64,000 nucleotides of DNA from Polyangiales bacterium. GTDB lineage: Bacteria > Myxococcota_A > Polyangia > Polyangiales > Polyangiaceae. The position numbers were made by a program, and so were the translations under genes. The DNA is taken from assembly GCA_038231275.1 (NCBI GenBank), contig JBBRLQ010000012.1:64001-128000 (forward strand). The letters run 5' to 3'. The notes under the pieces were generated by a model. That model searched no databases. It was given only the letters and a program-made list of their open reading frames with translations, and was not told where the DNA came from. Positions 59,549-64,000 of the stretch are shown one piece after another. The first letter of the stretch is position 1; every line of letters starts with the position of its first letter.

Positions 59549-60229
59549 ATGCGGTCCTTCGTTCGCCTCGCGCTCCCGTCGCTCCTCCTTCTCGCTCCCC
59601 TCGTCGCGTGCTCAGCGCCTGCCGACTCGAACGCCGAGAGCGGCGCAGCGGCGGTGACCGACTGCGCGAACGTCCGCTCCACGCCGACGCGTTCCGAGCA
59701 GAAGAACACCGCGGGCGATGTCACGAGCACGACCCTCACCGTCGAGGCCGCCGGCTGCATCGCGAGCGACGATCCCGCAAAGCTCGTCGACAAGCTCGTC
59801 GCCCTCGTCGAGGACGATCAGAAGCTGTCGAGCGTCTCGAACGCCACCGGCAAGATCTTCTCGAAGTACTCCCCTCACTCCCCCACCGGCGAGATCGGCG
59901 GACCCACCGGCCTCGTTCGCACCGTGGACGTGACGTTCAACGCGAAGAAGAACCCCTCCACGACGATCAAGGTGTCGCTCAAGAAGAGCTCCACCGGCGA
60001 GGTGTCGTTCGGCCTCACGAACACGAAGGGCGTCGGCGTCCTGGTCTGGACGGCGATCGAGCCCGGCGGCCTCGATGTTCGCCTCACGGTCAAGCCCAGC
60101 GCGGGCGGCGTCACGATCTCCGGAACCACGAAGGTCGTCGTCCAGCCCGGGTACGAAGACAGCGTGAAGGGGATGGACGAGCTCCCGTCGCTCGTCATCC
60201 ACTGGCTCCAGGATCAGGTCAAGGCCTAG
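59549..60229 (+). CDS. Lipoprotein, hypothetical (beta-rich)
   Basis: Lipobox PLVAC; AESGAAAVT linker. Confidence 0.72.
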   Translation: MRSFVRLALPSLLLLAPLVACSAPADSNAESGAAAVTDCANVRSTPTRSEQKNTAGDVTSTTLTVEAAGCIASDDPAKLVDKLVALVEDDQKLSSVSNATGKIFSKYSPHSPTGEIGGPTGLVRTVDVTFNAKKNPSTTIKVSLKKSSTGEVSFGLTNTKGVGVLVWTAIEPGGLDVRLTVKPSAGGVTISGTTKVVVQPGYEDSVKGMDELPSLVIHWLQDQVKA

Positions 60230-61959
60230 GCGGATCGCTTCTTCTTCGTCCAGGCGAGCAGATCCTCGGCGGTGCCTGCGTTGACGACGCGCTCCGGCGG
60301 GATCCACGCGCGCTCGGCATTCAGCGCGGCGTAGCGCACGCGTTCCAGCTCGCTCGCGTGGTGGGCGTCGCTCGTGAGGACGAACGTGAGATCGCGGGGG
60401 CGCGCGCGACGCAGGGCCTCGACCGACATGTCGAGGCGCGGGAGGGCGCCGTTCACTTCGAGCGCGGTGCCCGTGGCCTCGGCCGCGTCGAAGATCGCGT
60501 CGAGATCGAGATCGATCGCGGGGCGCCCGCCGATCATGCGTGCCGAGAGGTGGCCGATCATCCGTACCGTCGGATCGGCCATCGCGGTCGTGACGCGCTT
60601 GGTCTGCGCGGCGCGATCCTGCTCGAAATGGTCGTGCACCGACGCGAGGCAGAAGCCGAAGCCTTTGCGGAACTCGAGATCGTAGTCGAGCTCGCCGTTG
60701 GGCCCGATGTTGAGCTCGACGCCGTGGAGAAGCGTGAGCGTGTCGCCGAGCTGCTTCTGCATCGCGGCGATCTTCGCGCGCTGATCGAGGAGCGCCTCGC
60801 GGCCGACGCCCGAGAGCGTTCCCTCGGCGTGGTCGGTGATCGCGAGGACGCGGTAGCCGAGGGCCTTCGCGGTGGCAACGACGTCCTCGAGCTTCGACCG
60901 GCCATCGCCGGAGACGTCGGTGTGGACGTGGAAATCGCCGATCACCTTGCCCATCGCGCGCGGGAGGGTCCCCTTCTCGGCCGCCTCAATCTCGCCGGCG
61001 TCCTCGCGCAGCACCGGCGGGATGAAGCGGAGGCCGAGGGCCTTGTAGATCTGCTCCTCGGTCTCGCGCGCGACGATCTTGCCGCCTTCGATCTCGGAGA
61101 GGGCATACTCGTTGAGCGTCCAGCCGCGGGCGAGCGCGCGTGTGCGCAGCTTGATGTTGTGTCCCTTGGAGCCCGTGAAGTACAGGCGCGCGGCGCCGAG
61201 CTGCTCCTCCTGGACGACGCGGAGATCGACCTGCGTGCCGCGGTGCGTGACGATGCTGGTCTTGCCGGCGCCGCGCACGAGGACGCGCTCGACGACGCTC
61301 ATCCCGACGAGCGCGTCCATCACCGGCTCCGGCGTCTTCGACGCGACGAGGATGTCGACGTCGCCGATCGTCTCCGCGAACCGACGCAGCGAGCCGCAAT
61401 AGGACGCGTGCGTGACGCCGGGCACCTCTTGCAGCCGCGCGAGAATGCGATTGGCGAGCGGGAGGGCGACGGACACCGGCGTGCGACCGACCGAGCCTTG
61501 CTCGTCGAGCTTCTTCAGCGCGGCGGCGAGCTTCTCTTCGGATTTTTGCCCGAAGCCCTTGAGCGCCTGGACCTTGTGATCGGCGAGCGCCTTCCTCAGA
61601 TCGTCGAGGGACGCGACACCGAGCTCGGCGCGGAGCTTTCCGACCGCCTTGGGCCCCAGGCCCTGGATTTTGAGGAGCGCGACGATGGCGGGCGGGTGCT
61701 TTTGCCGTAGCCCCTCGAGCTTCGCGACCTTGCCGGTGTCGAGGAGCTCGCGGATCTTGTCGGCAGTGCTCTTGCCGATGCCCTCGATTTTCTGCAAATC
61801 CTTCGCGGTGAGCTTGCCCAGATCGGTCGCCTGCGACGCGATCGCCTGCGCGGCGCTCTCGTAGGCGCGCACGCGGAACGACTGCGGGTCCGCCTCGTCG
61901 AGCATCGTGAGCTCAGCCAGGTCGCGAAGCATGTCGAGAACGTCTTGCTTCGAATCCAT
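60226..61959 (-). CDS. polX: DNA polymerase X with C-terminal PHP domain
   Basis: HhH motifs (IEGIGK, IQGLGPK), GSLRR..GDVD, VDLR, YFTGSK; PHP motifs HVHT, TDH, SDAH. Confidence 0.95.
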   Translation of the reverse strand: MDSKQDVLDMLRDLAELTMLDEADPQSFRVRAYESAAQAIASQATDLGKLTAKDLQKIEGIGKSTADKIRELLDTGKVAKLEGLRQKHPPAIVALLKIQGLGPKAVGKLRAELGVASLDDLRKALADHKVQALKGFGQKSEEKLAAALKKLDEQGSVGRTPVSVALPLANRILARLQEVPGVTHASYCGSLRRFAETIGDVDILVASKTPEPVMDALVGMSVVERVLVRGAGKTSIVTHRGTQVDLRVVQEEQLGAARLYFTGSKGHNIKLRTRALARGWTLNEYALSEIEGGKIVARETEEQIYKALGLRFIPPVLREDAGEIEAAEKGTLPRAMGKVIGDFHVHTDVSGDGRSKLEDVVATAKALGYRVLAITDHAEGTLSGVGREALLDQRAKIAAMQKQLGDTLTLLHGVELNIGPNGELDYDLEFRKGFGFCLASVHDHFEQDRAAQTKRVTTAMADPTVRMIGHLSARMIGGRPAIDLDLDAIFDAAEATGTALEVNGALPRLDMSVEALRRARPRDLTFVLTSDAHHASELERVRYAALNAERAWIPPERVVNAGTAEDLLAWTKKKRSA

Positions 61960-61984
61960 GACCCGTGGCTATACCCTTCGGGAC
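61960..61984. promoter_or_regulatory. 25-bp bidirectional promoter between polX and the primase-polymerase gene
   Basis: TACCCT (+, 61972-61977) 7 nt before GTG 61985; TATAGC (-, 61968-61973) 8 nt before ATG 61959. Confidence 0.55.
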
Positions 61985-63319
61985 GTGGGCAAGGAAGAGG
62001 CTCCGGCAGTGCTCGAGCTCGGCGGTCGCGAGGTGCGTGTGACGCACCCCAGCAAGCCGTATTTCACGAAGGACACGAAGCTCTCGAAGCTCGACGTGGT
62101 CCAGTACTACCTCGCGGTCGCAGACGGGGCGAAGCGCGGGATCGTCGATCGGCCCGTCGTCCTCAAGCGCTTCGTCGACGGCGCGGACGGCGAGGCGTTC
62201 TACCAGAAGCGCGCGCCGGAGAAGCGCCCGCCGTGGCTTCGGACGGTGACGCTGTCCTTCCCGTCGGGGCGCACGGCAGAAGAAGTGGTGGTCGACGACG
62301 ACGCGGGCCTCGCGTGGATCGTGAATCTCGGGTGCATCGAGCTGCACCCTCATCCGGTGCGCGCCGGCGATCTCGAACACCCCGATGAGCTGCGCGTCGA
62401 TCTCGACCCGGGGCCCGGCGTTCCGTGGAGCGACGTTCGCAAGGTGGCGCTGGAAGTGAACGCGCTGCTGGGCGAGCTCGGCCTCGTTGGATGGCCCAAG
62501 ACGAGCGGATCGCGTGGGGTTCACGTCCTCGTTCGCATCGCGCCGCGGTGGACGTTCACCGAGGTGCGGCGCGCGGCGTTGGCGCTGTCGCGCGAGATCG
62601 AGCGGCGCGCCCCCGCGATCGCGACGAGCAAGTGGTGGAAGGAGGAGCGACGCGGCGTCTTCCTCGACTACAACCAGAACGCCAAGGATCGCACGACGTG
62701 CTCCGCGTACTCGATCCGGCCGCTCCCCGACGCGCGCGTGTCGACGCCGCTGACGTGGAGCGAAGTGCCGGAGTGCGAGCCGGCGGACTTCACGGTGCTC
62801 ACGGTGCCGAAGCGCTTCGCGGCGCTCGGCGATCCGCACGCGGGTATCGACGGGAGCGCGGGATCGCTCGAGGCGCTGCTGGAGCTCGCGGCGCGAGACG
62901 AGGCGTCGGGGCTCGGGGACGCGCCGTGGCCTCCGCACTTCGCGAAGGGCGACGGAGAGGGGCCGCGCGTGGCGCCCTCGCGCGCGAAGAAGCCGGCGGG
63001 GACGGCGAAGCGTGCCCCGCGCACGAAGATGCCGCTTTTGACCGTCGCCAACTCACCGAGCAAGGAAGCGGCGCTCGCGGGGCTGGAGCGCTGGAAAACG
63101 CGGCACCCCGAGGCGGCGGCGCTGCTCGCCGTGGACGACGTGCTCGTCGACTCGATGCGCGGCCGCTCGTCGACGTGGACGCGCATCCGGGTCAATCTCA
63201 AGAACGTGCCCGAAGCGTCGCGCCCGCCTCAAGAGACGCCGGACCCCGACGACGATCCGACCCGCGGCTGGCGCGACGCGATGCGCGCACATGGCAAGGA
63301 CGAGCCAAAGGAGCCTTAG
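61985..63319 (+). CDS. LigD-Pol-type primase-polymerase (Prim-PolC-like) with extra C-terminal domain
   Basis: FYQKR, RVDLDP, KTSGSRGVH, WWKEER, FLDYNQN; no ligase or phosphoesterase domain. Confidence 0.9.
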   Translation: MGKEEAPAVLELGGREVRVTHPSKPYFTKDTKLSKLDVVQYYLAVADGAKRGIVDRPVVLKRFVDGADGEAFYQKRAPEKRPPWLRTVTLSFPSGRTAEEVVVDDDAGLAWIVNLGCIELHPHPVRAGDLEHPDELRVDLDPGPGVPWSDVRKVALEVNALLGELGLVGWPKTSGSRGVHVLVRIAPRWTFTEVRRAALALSREIERRAPAIATSKWWKEERRGVFLDYNQNAKDRTTCSAYSIRPLPDARVSTPLTWSEVPECEPADFTVLTVPKRFAALGDPHAGIDGSAGSLEALLELAARDEASGLGDAPWPPHFAKGDGEGPRVAPSRAKKPAGTAKRAPRTKMPLLTVANSPSKEAALAGLERWKTRHPEAAALLAVDDVLVDSMRGRSSTWTRIRVNLKNVPEASRPPQETPDPDDDPTRGWRDAMRAHGKDEPKEP

Positions 63320-63341
63320 TCGAGGCGCCGGCGCGAGCCTC

Positions 63342-64000
63342 TCAGTGGCCTGCGAAGATCGCCGACAGCTCCTCCGGCGGGACGACCTCGAGCTGGGCGT
63401 AGTCACACTCGCGCGGCGGCTTGTCGGTGCGCCAGCGACGAAACTGGGCGGTGTGGCGAAAGCGTGTATTTTGCATGTGATCGTATCCGACCTCGGCGAC
63501 GAGCTCGGGGCGGAGCGGCTCCCACGAGAGATCTTTGCCCTGGCTCCAGCGGCTCTTGCCGCCAGGCATGCGCTTGCCTTCGGGCGCTGCGGCGGGCGCG
63601 TCGGCGGACGCTTCCGCAGCTTCTGCCATCGCGCCAGCCCAGTCGCGCCACGGGTGGTCATCGAGCGCGCGTTCACGGTACGGAGCCAGGTGCTCGACCA
63701 GGGCGCGGCGCTTCTCCGCGGTGAAGCTCGCCGAGACGCCGACGTGGTGCAGCGTTCCCGCGGCGTCGAAGAGGCCGAGGAGGAGCGAGCCGACCGCGGT
63801 GCCGGTGCCGCCTTTGTGCCAGCGAAAGCCGGCGACGACGCAGTCGCACTCGCGCTCGTGCTTCACCTTGAGCATGACGCGCTTGTTCGCCTCGTACGCG
63901 CCCGCGCGCGGCTTGGCCATCACGCCGTCGAGGCCGGCGCCTTCGAAGCGCTTGAACCAGTCGGCGGCGACGGCGCGATCGGTCGTCGCGGGAGTGACGT
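63342..64000 (-). CDS. ligC: ATP-dependent DNA ligase, LigC type (5' part outside the window)
   Basis: Frame open to the edge: WFKRFEGAGLDGVMAK, MLKVKH, GSLLLGL, PELVAEV, RFRH, WRTDK. Confidence 0.9.
   Translation of the reverse strand, partial: VTPATTDRAVAADWFKRFEGAGLDGVMAKPRAGAYEANKRVMLKVKHERECDCVVAGFRWHKGGTGTAVGSLLLGLFDAAGTLHHVGVSASFTAEKRRALVEHLAPYRERALDDHPWRDWAGAMAEAAEASADAPAAAPEGKRMPGGKSRWSQGKDLSWEPLRPELVAEVGYDHMQNTRFRHTAQFRRWRTDKPPRECDYAQLEVVPPEELSAIFAGH

Overview
High-GC (about 70% by eye) chromosomal segment, most likely from a myxobacterium of the Polyangiaceae/Labilithrix type. This is inferred from many Cys-rich lipoproteins with DAG/DGG linkers, three eukaryote-like Ser/Thr kinases with TPR partners, VIT-vWA and DUF4139 proteins, and sigma-54 promoters. 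About 60 densely packed CDSs; no tRNA, rRNA, CRISPR array, integrase or transposase was seen. Recognisable modules: a three-gene ABC-2 exporter, a SigK-like ECF sigma with RskA-like anti-sigma, nitrilase, TetR/cytochrome P450/GNAT, aldehyde dehydrogenase, acyl-CoA ligase, a YqiJ-flotillin-K+ channel operon, and a PolX / Prim-PolC / LigC repair cluster. Most interesting: (1) a sigma-54-driven, translationally coupled operon encoding secreted TPR-DUF2135, FecR-like-VIT-vWA lipoprotein and beta-propeller proteins, next to a sigma-54-driven double-glycine-leader peptide; (2) a sigma-54-driven small beta-barrel plus CxxCH lipoprotein pair; (3) a flotillin operon with a minimal K+ channel carrying a GYAD filter; (4) a window-wide leaderless-gene signature (TAnnnT 6-9 nt before the start codon), including two divergent gene pairs separated by exactly 25 bp with overlapping -10 boxes. 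Family assignments come from motif recognition by eye, not database searches.
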